From the NCBI GenBank assembly GCA_030549895.1, contig JAUQQM010000002.1, forward strand, positions 1,037-65,036: a stretch of DNA of 64,000 nucleotides. The letters run 5' to 3'. A program made the position numbers and the translations under genes. How positions within the stretch are numbered: the first letter of the stretch is position 1; each line of letters starts with the position of its first letter. Source of the stretch: Patescibacteria group bacterium. Its GTDB lineage: Bacteria; Patescibacteriota; Minisyncoccia; UBA6257; HR35. Below are positions 16,258 to 24,968 of the stretch, one piece after another. Below the pieces are notes generated by a model. It made no database searches. It saw only the letters and a list, made by a program, of their open reading frames with translations, and was not told the origin of the DNA.

Positions 16258-17094
16258 TTAATCTAAACTTTTATTTTTAATTATAACATTAATAAGCACG
16301 AAAAAGAAAGCTATAAACATAAAGGTGTAAAGAGCGCCCTCAAAAATACCAATTCCTTTAGTAATTATTAGCTCCTTTAAGTTTGAAAAATCTTTCTCTA
16401 AAGAAAGGGAGAAGACAAAAACTTTTTTCACTGTTTCAACTCCATAATAAAAAGGATTAAATTGAGCTAACCTTATCATCCAAAGAGGAGTAAGCTCAAC
16501 TGGAAAATAAGCACCTGAAAGAAGAATTGCTGGAATAATAACATAAAAAAGTAAAATATCATAAGAACCAGCTTTCTTGAAAAATAAACCTAAAAAAATT
16601 CCTAAGGTTGCTGTTAAAATTCCTAAAACTAAAAGAGCTGGAAAAGTTAAAAATGTAATTGAAATTTCTTTAAAATAAATGAAGCCTAAAAGATTAACAA
16701 TAAGACCCTGCAAAGCGCCGATAAAACCAGCTGAAAGAATTTTCCCGAGAACTATTACCCAATCAGGTGTTGGACTTAAAATTAATGGCCTTAAAAATCC
16801 TCTTTCTTTTTCTTCAACAAATGAATGACCAAAATTAAAAGAAATGAAAATGACGGTAGTTGAAATCATCCCCGGAAAAATAAAAAGAAGATAACTAATT
16901 TCTCCTTGATAGTTAATGGCCCTGGCTATTTCGTTAATATTTACTATTTTTCCAAGACCTAAACCAAAAAATATTGTCCAGATAAAAGGTTGGATAACGG
17001 TGGTAATAACCTTAAATTTATTTCTCCACCACTTTAAAAATTCTCTGTAGGAAATAATTATAATCTGCAAAATTGTAATCTTAAACTTTTCCAT
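16258..17094 (-). CDS. ABC-2 type transporter permease
   Basis: 278 aa, 6 TM, overlapping the upstream ATPase gene by 14 nt. Confidence 0.75.
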   Translation of the reverse strand: MEKFKITILQIIIISYREFLKWWRNKFKVITTVIQPFIWTIFFGLGLGKIVNINEIARAINYQGEISYLLFIFPGMISTTVIFISFNFGHSFVEEKERGFLRPLILSPTPDWVIVLGKILSAGFIGALQGLIVNLLGFIYFKEISITFLTFPALLVLGILTATLGIFLGLFFKKAGSYDILLFYVIIPAILLSGAYFPVELTPLWMIRLAQFNPFYYGVETVKKVFVFSLSLEKDFSNLKELIITKGIGIFEGALYTFMFIAFFFVLINVIIKNKSLD

Positions 17095-17767
17095 AAAAAT
17101 TTTTAATAAATTCTTTGCTCGAACCTAAAAACCTCATCTTCCCGCTATCAAGAACTAAAACTCTATCGCAAAGACTTATCTCTTCTAAATAATGTGAAGT
17201 TAAAATTATTGTCATTCCATTTTTTTTATTTAACTCTTTTATGTAACTCCACAGCTGGTTTCTTGATTCTATATCAAGACCAAGAGTGGGCTCATCCATC
17301 ACTAAAACTTTTGGTGAATGTAAAAGAGCTCTAGCAATTTCTACTTTTCTTCTTGTTCCTCCAGATAGTTCTGAAATTTTCATATTAAGGTAATTTTCAA
17401 AATTAAAAAAGCTAGCAAGATTTTTGATAAGATTTTTAGAGATAGAAGAAGAAAAACCAAAAAGAATCGCATGAAAAAAAAGATTCTCTCTTACGGTAAG
17501 AATTACATCAAGAGTTGTTTCTTGAAAAACAATCCCTAATTTTTTTGCTACTTTTTTTCTGTTTTTAAAATCAGATCCATAAATTAAAACCTCACCTTCA
17601 TCAGGCTTTATTGCCATGGTAAGAATCTTAATTAGAGTACTTTTACCAGCACCATTAGGTCCAACTATCCCAAAAATTTCTCCTTCTTTTACCTCAAAAT
17701 TTATATTCTCAAGAGCAAAAACATTTCCATATCTTTTAGTTATGTTTTTAACTGAGATAAACCTCAT
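17081..17767 (-). CDS. ABC transporter ATP-binding protein
   Basis: Walker A GPNGAGKSTL, signature LSGGTRRKVEIARAL, Walker B VLVMDEPT. Confidence 0.9.
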   Translation of the reverse strand: MRFISVKNITKRYGNVFALENINFEVKEGEIFGIVGPNGAGKSTLIKILTMAIKPDEGEVLIYGSDFKNRKKVAKKLGIVFQETTLDVILTVRENLFFHAILFGFSSSISKNLIKNLASFFNFENYLNMKISELSGGTRRKVEIARALLHSPKVLVMDEPTLGLDIESRNQLWSYIKELNKKNGMTIILTSHYLEEISLCDRVLVLDSGKMRFLGSSKEFIKNFYGKV

Positions 17768-17790
17768 AAAATATTATATAATAGTTATTA

Positions 17791-18807
17791 ATGGCAGACG
17801 AAAACTTCTTTGAAGAAAAATATTTTTTCCATCTTCTGAATCTTAATTTTCATTTCCCAAATAAAGAAATCTTTGATTTATTTCAAAAATTTAAAAGCTT
17901 TAAAAAAACTTTTGAATTTCTCAAAACAAAAATAACAAAATTTCAAAGCGAAGAAGAACTAATTAAAGAATTAAAAGAAAACAATATTGAAATAATTACC
18001 TTTAATGACAAACTTTATCCTAAAACTTTAAAAAATATTCCTGATCCACCATTAGGCATTTACTGCAAAGGAGAGATAAAACTTTTGGATAGCTTTTGCC
18101 TGGCGATAGTTGGTACAAGAAAAGCTACAAAACAAGGAAAACTTTTAGCCTATCAATTTGCTTCATCTTTAGCGAAAATAGGAATTTCTATTGTAAGTGG
18201 ACTTGCTTTTGGAATAGATGAAAATGCTCATAAAGGAGCAATTGATGTTGGAGGCAAAACTATAGGTGTTCTTGGAACAGGAATTAAACTAGCTTTAAAA
18301 GAGAAAAATCTTGCTGCAAAAGTAAATCTTCTTGTTAGTGAGTTTTTGCCTGAAGCTCCAGGTTTGAAGCATCATTTTCCTTTAAGAAACAGAATTATTG
18401 CTGCTATTTCAAAAGGAACATTAGTAATAGAAGCTCCTCTGGAGTCTGGAGCATTAATTACGGCTCGTCTTGCTCTTGAATATGGAAAAGATTTATTTGT
18501 AGTGCCAGGTGATATTTGGAATATAAATTATGCAGGGTCAAATATGCTTTTAAAACAAGGAGCTATTCTGGTGACTTGTCCAGAAGATATTCTTCAAGAA
18601 TATGGTATAAAAATAAAAGAAGAAAAGGTAAACCTTACAGAAGAAGAAAAAGAATTACTTAAAATCATAAAAGAAAATAAATTAGAGGAAATAAATGAAA
18701 TTATAAAATTCTCTAATTTAGATACTGGCCGGGTCTTGGCAATTATCTCGAGTTTAGAGTTAAAAGGTATAATAAAAAACATTAGTGGTAAAATAAAAAT
18801 CTTATGA
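17791..18807 (+). CDS. dprA: DNA processing protein DprA/Smf
   Basis: 338 aa with VGTRKAT...GLAFGIDENAHKGA...PLESGALITA. The conserved dprA-topA synteny is present. Confidence 0.85.
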   Translation: MADENFFEEKYFFHLLNLNFHFPNKEIFDLFQKFKSFKKTFEFLKTKITKFQSEEELIKELKENNIEIITFNDKLYPKTLKNIPDPPLGIYCKGEIKLLDSFCLAIVGTRKATKQGKLLAYQFASSLAKIGISIVSGLAFGIDENAHKGAIDVGGKTIGVLGTGIKLALKEKNLAAKVNLLVSEFLPEAPGLKHHFPLRNRIIAAISKGTLVIEAPLESGALITARLALEYGKDLFVVPGDIWNINYAGSNMLLKQGAILVTCPEDILQEYGIKIKEEKVNLTEEEKELLKIIKENKLEEINEIIKFSNLDTGRVLAIISSLELKGIIKNISGKIKIL

Positions 18808-20744
18808 AAGAAAAAAAATTAATTATTGTTGAGTCTCCGACAAAAAGTAAAACAATAAAAAAAATTCTTAAAAAAATCAATCCTTCTTTTGACGTTATAG
18901 CTTCTTATGGTCATATAAGAGACTTAGCTAAAAATAAATTAAGTCTTGAAATAAAAGAAAATCAAATTTTACCAATTTATGTCGTTCCAAAAAGTAAAAG
19001 AAAAATAGTTAGTGAATTAAAAAAGAAAGTCAAAAAATATAGTGAAGTCATTTTAGCAACAGACCAAGACCGCGAAGGAGAAGCAATAGCTTGGCATTTA
19101 GTTGAACTTTTAAATTTAAAAAATTATCTAAGAATTACTTTTCATGAAATAACAGAAGAGACAATTAAAAAAGCATTGTTGAATCCAAGAAAAATAAATC
19201 TTTCTCTTGTAAATGCTCAACAATCAAGAAGAATACTTGACAGAATAGTCGGCTATCTTATTTCCCCTCTTCTTTGGAAAAAAATAACAAGGGGACTCTC
19301 TGCTGGAAGAGTTCAGTCTGCAGCCTTAAGAATGATAGTTGAAAGAGAAAGAGAGATAGAAAATTTCATTCCCCAAAGTTATTATGAAGTAATTATAAAA
19401 GTCGAAAAAGAAGGAAAAGAATTTGAGGCTAAACTTTTTGAAATTAACGGAGAAAAATTAGAAAAGTTCTCATTAAGCGAAGAAAAATTAGAAAAAATGA
19501 TGATAGAAATAGAAAAGAGCGTTTTTGTTGAAAAAATAAAAACCTCAATTACTAAAAGATCCCCTAATCCTCCATTTGTTACGAGTACAATGACTTCTGA
19601 AGCTTGGAAAAAATTCAAATTCCCAGCAAAACTAACAATGAGTCTTGCCCAAAACTTGTATGAAGAAGGTCTTATAACTTATATGAGAACAGATTCGACT
19701 TCCCTAGCTCAAGAAGCTATTGAAAAGATAAGAAATTACATAAAAGAAAATTTTCCTAATTCTTTACCAGAAAAAGAAAAAATCTATAAAACAAAATCAA
19801 GACTAGCTCAAGAGGCTCATGAAGCTATAAGACCAACAGATATTTTTTTAAGCCCAGAAAAAACAAAACTTCAAAAAAATCATTTAAAACTTTATGAAAT
19901 GATCTGGCGAAGAACTGTAGCTTGTCAAATGAAAGAAGCTTTATTTGAAAAAAAAGAAATAATTCTCTCCTCTAATGGTTACAAATTTAAAGCTCTTGGC
20001 CAAAAAATGATCTTTCCTGGCTTTACTTTAATAGAAAAGATAAATTTTAAAGAAGAAATTTTGCCTGAATTAAAAGAAAATGAAAAGCTAATCATAAAAG
20101 ATGTAAAAATAGAAAAACACTTAACTGAGCCACCACCAAGATACAATGATGGTAGTTTAATTAAAACACTTGAAAGTTATGGCATAGGAAGACCATCAAC
20201 TTATGCAACAATAATTTCAACTCTCCTTCAAAGAGGTTATGTTATTAGAAATAAAAATAAAAATTTAGTCCCAACAGAACTTGGAATGCTAGTAAATGAT
20301 CTTTTGCTAGAGCACTTCCCTTTAATTTTAGATTATGAGTTCACAGCCAAAATGGAAGAAAAGTTAGACTTAATAGCTCAAGAAAAGTTAGATTGGCAAG
20401 AAGTCCTTGTTGATTTCTATTTTCCCTTTTTAGAGATTGTAAAGAAAAAAACTGAAGAAATAGAAAAAATAGAAACAAAAATTGGAAGAAATTGTCCTTT
20501 ATGTGGTGGAGAACTAATTGAAAAATTTTCAAAATATGGAAAATTTATAGCTTGCTCAAATTTCCCTAAGTGCCAGTATAAAGAAAGTAAAACTACGGGA
20601 ATTCTTTGTCCAAAATGCCAAACTGGATTTTTAGTAAAGAAAAAAAACAAAAAAAATCAAATATTTTATGCCTGCTCAAATTGGCCAGAGTGTGATTTTA
20701 CTACAAATCAAATAGAATCAAGTACTAATAATGACTCTAAGTGA
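18804..20744 (+). CDS. topA: DNA topoisomerase I
   Basis: 646 aa with a Toprim N-terminus (IIVESPTKSKTI, DQDREGEAI), the active-site Tyr region ITYMRTDST and two C-terminal C4 zinc ribbons. Confidence 0.95.
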   Translation: MKEKKLIIVESPTKSKTIKKILKKINPSFDVIASYGHIRDLAKNKLSLEIKENQILPIYVVPKSKRKIVSELKKKVKKYSEVILATDQDREGEAIAWHLVELLNLKNYLRITFHEITEETIKKALLNPRKINLSLVNAQQSRRILDRIVGYLISPLLWKKITRGLSAGRVQSAALRMIVEREREIENFIPQSYYEVIIKVEKEGKEFEAKLFEINGEKLEKFSLSEEKLEKMMIEIEKSVFVEKIKTSITKRSPNPPFVTSTMTSEAWKKFKFPAKLTMSLAQNLYEEGLITYMRTDSTSLAQEAIEKIRNYIKENFPNSLPEKEKIYKTKSRLAQEAHEAIRPTDIFLSPEKTKLQKNHLKLYEMIWRRTVACQMKEALFEKKEIILSSNGYKFKALGQKMIFPGFTLIEKINFKEEILPELKENEKLIIKDVKIEKHLTEPPPRYNDGSLIKTLESYGIGRPSTYATIISTLLQRGYVIRNKNKNLVPTELGMLVNDLLLEHFPLILDYEFTAKMEEKLDLIAQEKLDWQEVLVDFYFPFLEIVKKKTEEIEKIETKIGRNCPLCGGELIEKFSKYGKFIACSNFPKCQYKESKTTGILCPKCQTGFLVKKKNKKNQIFYACSNWPECDFTTNQIESSTNNDSK

Positions 20745-21961
20745 TACGTTTTTGGAAAGAAATTGTAAATTTTTAAAAATTTAACTTTATAATAACCTTT
20801 AAGTAAACTAAAATCTCTTGCTTGAGTCGATGGATTACAGGAAAGATAAATTATTCTCTTTGGTAACTTTTTGATAATCTCTTTTATTATTTTCTTGTGC
20901 AAACCTGAGCGTGGTGGGTCAAAAATTACAACTTTTTCTTTTGAAATAAGATCAAGAGAATCTTCTGACTTTTTATTTAAAACTTTAACATTTGAAACAT
21001 TATTAACTAAGATATTTCTAAAAGCAAGCTCTGTTGCTTCATGTTGACTTTCCACCATTGTAATCTCTTTAGCAACATCACTAAGAGAAATTCCTATAGT
21101 CCCAACTCCACTATAAAATTCAACAACCTTGTCATTACAAACGTACTTTTTAATATCGTTTATAGTTTTTTCAAATACTTCTAAATTAACTTGAAAAAAA
21201 CTTAAAAGAGAATGGAAAAAAGTTTTTCCCGCTAATTTTTCCTCGAAAATATCAAGCCCAACTGAATTTATAAGTTTTTGTGGTAGTGAAGCCGGAGAAT
21301 TCTTTGGGGAATAATAAATAAAAAAACCATTTAATTTTTTAAAATTTATCTTTTCAAGATTAAAATTAAAGTCTGGATCAGTAACAAAAAGCCCAGCAAT
21401 TACTCTATCATTGCTATCAGTTTTTAAAATAAGACTTTTATATATCTTTTTGTCTGGAAGTAATCCAATAATTTCCCTTGCGCTTTCATTAATTATCTCC
21501 TTTGCCAAAACACAACCATTTATTTTAACTTTTTCATGACTTTCACGTTTAAAAAAAGCTAAATCTTTACCAATAAAAGAAAATTCCATTTTATTCCTAT
21601 AACCATAAAATCTATTTGTTTTTTCGCAAAAAAGCGGTACACCTAAATCCTCGATTGGAGTTCCAGAAATCTTTTCAAAGGTCTCGATAAAAATTTCTTT
21701 TTTTATTTCATCCTCAAAAGTATCATCAAGAATTTGAAAACAAGAACAAGAAAGAAAATGATCTTCTTTTGGCTGTCTTCTTAACTCACTTTCTTTTATT
21801 ATTCTTTCAGCAATACCAAAAAATACTCCCTTTCTTTTTTTGGTATTTAAAACTTCTACTTTTTCTTGAGGTAAAGAATTCAGTAAAAAATAAGTATTTC
21901 CTTTTTCATCTTTACCAAAACCATAACCACCAAAAACTAACTTTTCAATCTCAACTATCAC
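20708..21961 (-). CDS. RNA (uracil-5-)-methyltransferase, TrmA/RumA (RlmD) family
   Basis: 417 aa with a GTG start and a TRAM-like N-terminus. SAM-MTase motifs: EFYSGVGTIG, VIFDPPRSG, YLSCNP. Confidence 0.8.
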   Translation of the reverse strand: MIVEIEKLVFGGYGFGKDEKGNTYFLLNSLPQEKVEVLNTKKRKGVFFGIAERIIKESELRRQPKEDHFLSCSCFQILDDTFEDEIKKEIFIETFEKISGTPIEDLGVPLFCEKTNRFYGYRNKMEFSFIGKDLAFFKRESHEKVKINGCVLAKEIINESAREIIGLLPDKKIYKSLILKTDSNDRVIAGLFVTDPDFNFNLEKINFKKLNGFFIYYSPKNSPASLPQKLINSVGLDIFEEKLAGKTFFHSLLSFFQVNLEVFEKTINDIKKYVCNDKVVEFYSGVGTIGISLSDVAKEITMVESQHEATELAFRNILVNNVSNVKVLNKKSEDSLDLISKEKVVIFDPPRSGLHKKIIKEIIKKLPKRIIYLSCNPSTQARDFSLLKGYYKVKFLKIYNFFPKTYHLESLLVLDSI

Positions 21962-22003
21962 TTAAATTATTATATTAATTTCAATCTAATTATTCAATTT
22001 TAC

Positions 22004-22183
22004 TCAGAAATTTTCTCTCTTAGAAGGAAGGCATTCAAAGTGGTAGACAGGCCTTCTGAGGCTACCGTCTGGATTTTTTGCTGGAATAAATGGGAGAGAA
22101 TCTATTTCCCCTCCGCATTTAGCGCAAATCCACTTTTCGCCCTCTCTAGGGGAAAATTTCTGAGGTTTTCTAAACCTCTTCAT
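22004..22183 (-). CDS. 59-aa CCHC zinc-ribbon protein (below the ORF-track length cutoff)
   Basis: MKRFRKPQKFSPREGEKWICAKCGGEIDSLPFIPAKNPDGSLRRPVYHFECLPSKRENF. There is a good SD (AAGAGGGATAAATG). The CxxCG..LPF.P...RPVY..C pattern resembles the CxxC-x17-CxxC zinc-ribbon family. Confidence 0.45.
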   Translation of the reverse strand: MKRFRKPQKFSPREGEKWICAKCGGEIDSLPFIPAKNPDGSLRRPVYHFECLPSKRENF

Positions 22184-22207
22184 TTATCCCTCTTTTAATT
22201 ACTAAAC

Positions 22208-22636
22208 CTAATTATAACACAGATTTTTATGGCAATATATTTTTACAATTTTTCTATTTTTAAAATTTGGATGCACCTTAATAATTCCCTTTGATGAGTT
22301 ATTACTTACAAATTTATTATCTCCTACATAAAATCCAAGATGATAATGATTATTTAATTTTGACCAAACAACAACACATGGAGCAATCAAAATTTTACTT
22401 TCCCTCCATCCGCTTCTTTCCATATCTTTTAAAGTACCTTTAACAGTGTAATGAATATTTTCCACAAGATTTACTATTTTTAACAAAGTACTTACATAAA
22501 AAGCACAACTTAATTTACCATTCTTGCAAATATCTTCAACTTTTTTGTTTTTCTTAAAATAAGCATTCCGGAAAAGCTTTATCCCAAGACTATTTTTAAT
22601 TAGAGCATTTAAAAAATCTCTGCAAGAAATTTCCAT
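22208..22636 (-). CDS. Putative NlpC/P60-like (papain-fold) cysteine hydrolase with no signal peptide
   Basis: The start is moved to the ATG at 22636 because the tracked start at 22651 overlaps the tRNA. Candidate Cys (GKLSCAFYVSTLL) and His (HYHLGFYVGDNKFVSNNS) motifs are present. Confidence 0.4.
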   Translation of the reverse strand: MEISCRDFLNALIKNSLGIKLFRNAYFKKNKKVEDICKNGKLSCAFYVSTLLKIVNLVENIHYTVKGTLKDMERSGWRESKILIAPCVVVWSKLNNHYHLGFYVGDNKFVSNNSSKGIIKVHPNFKNRKIVKIYCHKNLCYN

Positions 22637-22642
22637 AAAAAG

Positions 22643-22715
22643 CGCCCCCAACCGGAGTCGAACCGGTGTTTCCGCGCTGAGAACGCGGTGTCCTAGTCCA
22701 CTAGACGATGGGGGC
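22643..22715 (-). tRNA. tRNA-Glu (anticodon CUC)
   Basis: 73 nt: GCCCCCATCGTCTAGTGGACTAGGACACCGCGTTCTCAGCGCGGAAACACCGGTTCGACTCCGGTTGGGGGCG. It has a 7-bp acceptor stem, a 5-bp anticodon stem with loop TTCTCAG, a 4-nt variable loop and the T-loop TTCGACT. No CCA is encoded. Confidence 0.9.
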
Positions 22716-22987
22716 TAAATAACCTCGACAACCTTTACTTTTTTTACTTTTCCATTAAAGCAAACTTTCCTTTTAGTTCTAAAAACTACTTTCCCGTCTT
22801 TAAGAGCAAAAAGAGTATCATCATCACCAAGGCCAACATTTTTCCCAGGCAAAAATTTTGTTCCTCTTTGCCTGACAATTATATTTCCAGCTTTAACAAA
22901 TTCTCCAGCAAATCTTTTCACTCCAAGCCTTTTTGATTCACTATCTCTACCTAATTTTGTTGAACCACCTGATTTTGTATGAGCCAT
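22715..22987 (-). CDS. rpmA: 50S ribosomal protein L27
   Basis: 90 aa beginning [24 protein letters not shown]. Confidence 0.95.
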   Translation of the reverse strand: MAHTKSGGSTKLGRDSESKRLGVKRFAGEFVKAGNIIVRQRGTKFLPGKNVGLGDDDTLFALKDGKVVFRTKRKVCFNGKVKKVKVVEVI

Positions 22988-22988
22988 G

Positions 22989-23816
22989 TTACTTTCTTCT
23001 TTTTATTATTAATTTTGAAGACATTTTCTTTTTATTTCTTGTTTTTCTCCCACCAGTAATATTCCCCCAAGGATCTTTAGGTCTTCTTGTCCCTCTTGTA
23101 GTTTTCCCCTCTCCTCCACCATAAGGATGATCAACAGCATTCATAGCTGAACCTCTGACATGAGGTTTTCTTCCACGATGACGTGTTGCTCCAGCTTTAC
23201 CTAAATTTATATTTCGATGATCTGAATTTGAAACTTGACCGATTGAAGCCCAACAATCAGCTAAAATTTTTCTTATCTCACCTGAAGGCATTTTTACAAT
23301 TGCATACTTTCCTTCAACACCCATCATAACCGCAGAACTTCCAGCTGATCTTACAAGTTTTCCTCCAGTTCCAGGTTCAAGCTCTATATTATGAATTAAT
23401 GTTCCGGGATTTATATTTTTAAGTGGGAGTCGATTACCAACTTCTAAAGGAGCATTTTCACTAACTATAATTTGATCACCAACTTTAATTCCTTCAGGAG
23501 CAAGAATATATCTTCTTTCTCCATCTCTATAACAGACAAGAGCAATAAAAGCTGTCCTAAAAGGATCATATTCAATAGTTTCAACTTTTGCTGGAATGTC
23601 TTTCTTTTCCATTTTAAAATCAACTAACCTATAAAGTTTTTTATTTCCCCCTCCCCTAAACCTGACAGTAATTCTTCCTTTACTTCTTCCCTTTTTTTGA
23701 TGCACTCTAAAGGTAAGAGGTTTATATGGCTCTTGAGTTGTAAGAACTTTCTTATAGTCAATTCCAACTTTTCCTCTTTGTCCTGGAGTAGTTGGTTTGA
23801 AAAATTTCAAAGCCAT
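22989..23816 (-). CDS. rplB: 50S ribosomal protein L2
   Basis: 275 aa with RGKVG..., [13 protein letters not shown] and HPYGGGEGK. Confidence 0.95.
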   Translation of the reverse strand: MALKFFKPTTPGQRGKVGIDYKKVLTTQEPYKPLTFRVHQKKGRSKGRITVRFRGGGNKKLYRLVDFKMEKKDIPAKVETIEYDPFRTAFIALVCYRDGERRYILAPEGIKVGDQIIVSENAPLEVGNRLPLKNINPGTLIHNIELEPGTGGKLVRSAGSSAVMMGVEGKYAIVKMPSGEIRKILADCWASIGQVSNSDHRNINLGKAGATRHRGRKPHVRGSAMNAVDHPYGGGEGKTTRGTRRPKDPWGNITGGRKTRNKKKMSSKLIIKRRK

Positions 23817-23824
23817 ACAACTTA

Positions 23825-23833
23825 ATTATACCA
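23825..23833 (-). promoter_or_regulatory. Extended -10 (TGGTATAAT), 8 nt before the rplB ATG
   Basis: Plus-strand attatacca. There is no SD in the gap (taagttgt). Confidence 0.5.
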
Positions 23834-23847
23834 TAAATTTATTTAAA

Positions 23848-24048
23848 TTATTTTAAGTGTTCCTTTATTAAATTAAAAATTTCTTTTGCTTGAGAAGATT
23901 TTAATTTTTCAAATTCTTTCCAAAATTTTAAACATTTTTTGCATCCTTTTGAATCCTTTAAATAAAATTTTTGAATCCTCCAAAGAGTCTTCTGTTCTTC
24001 AACTAATTGATTAAAAAGATTGTAATAGTGGTTATTTAAGTTTTCCAT
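23848..24048 (-). CDS. Hypothetical 66-aa helical protein with CxxC (GCKKCLKFW)
   Basis: The ORF overlaps the upstream 302-aa gene by 13 nt. I recognise no family. Confidence 0.4.
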   Translation of the reverse strand: MENLNNHYYNLFNQLVEEQKTLWRIQKFYLKDSKGCKKCLKFWKEFEKLKSSQAKEIFNLIKEHLK

Positions 24049-24944
24049 TTCATTTTTGGAAAGAATGATTTAATCAAACCATTCTTTCCAAGATAGTTAA
24101 TTGCTAAAAAAGCTTCAAAATTAACTAAACCAAAGACTGTAAACATAACTTTTTTATCATTAAATTTCAACTTATTCCAGTCAACTTGCCAAATAAAATA
24201 AAAATCTTTCTTATTTTTTATAACCCAATTAAGAACTGAATTACCAGCTAAATAAAGAGAGTCAAAAATAAATAAATCAAAATTTTTTAACTCTTTAAAC
24301 TTAAAACCTTTTTTGTTGATATCAATAAAAATCTTTAAGTTTTTTAATTTAGAAAAATCTAAAAATTTAAAACCAAAAGATGCATCAATAACAATATCAA
24401 CATCTTCTAAATCTTTAAGACTTTCTACTGCGATAAAGTTTTCTTTTACTTTTAATTCCTTTAAAAAGTTTTTAACTCTTTCTTTTACTGATGGAAAATT
24501 TTTTTTATGTTTAGCAAGAACTTTAAAAATTGCTCCTTGAAAGTTAGTTAAAGAAATAATTAGTGATTTACTAATATTTCCTATACCAATTATCCCAATT
24601 TTTAGATTTCTTTTTATCTTTTTCCTAATTTTCTTTAAAAGCCAAAGAAGATAAACACCAATTCTCAATTCTATTAATCTTTCAATATCATCAAAAAAAT
24701 AAGTTTTTCTTTTAGTAAAAATAATCAGATAGCTTTTTCTTTTAGGGTACTTTCTTAAAAATTTAAGCCATGAAAGATCTTTAAAAAATCCATAACTTAA
24801 ACTAAAATGCCCCATGCCTATTTTGACTTGATTTTCAGCAAGTTTTTTGTTATTGATAAAACAATCAAATAAGTTAGTCAGCGATTTAAAAAGTTTAGGA
24901 TTTATTTTATAGAAATTTTCTAATGTTTCTTTTGAAAAATTCAT
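24036..24944 (-). CDS. Hypothetical protein with a central Rossmann-like dinucleotide-binding motif (ornithine cyclodeaminase / mu-crystallin-like layout)
   Basis: 302 aa with LKIGIIGIGNISKSL at about residue 115 and DVDIVIDAS about 60 aa later. The family assignment is tentative. Confidence 0.35.
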   Translation of the reverse strand: MNFSKETLENFYKINPKLFKSLTNLFDCFINNKKLAENQVKIGMGHFSLSYGFFKDLSWLKFLRKYPKRKSYLIIFTKRKTYFFDDIERLIELRIGVYLLWLLKKIRKKIKRNLKIGIIGIGNISKSLIISLTNFQGAIFKVLAKHKKNFPSVKERVKNFLKELKVKENFIAVESLKDLEDVDIVIDASFGFKFLDFSKLKNLKIFIDINKKGFKFKELKNFDLFIFDSLYLAGNSVLNWVIKNKKDFYFIWQVDWNKLKFNDKKVMFTVFGLVNFEAFLAINYLGKNGLIKSFFPKMKWKT

Positions 24945-24951
24945 TGAACTA

Positions 24952-24960
24952 TGTTATAAT
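24952..24960 (+). promoter_or_regulatory. Extended -10 (TGTTATAAT), 8 nt before the ftsX ATG
   Basis: tgttataat followed by tataaatt and then ATG. Confidence 0.45.
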
Positions 24961-24968
24961 TATAAATT

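Noticed and set aside
22637-22651. Longest-ORF N-terminal extensions: 22651 for the hydrolase-like ORF, 30018 for rnc, 31767 for rpsP, 45568 for mreB and 49991 for murC.
   Set aside because: The extensions overlap the tRNA, the divergent neighbour gene or the gene's own -10 box, and they add non-conserved residues ahead of canonical N-termini. Internal ATGs with TATAAT 6-10 nt upstream (the 22636 ATG simply clears the tRNA) were preferred.
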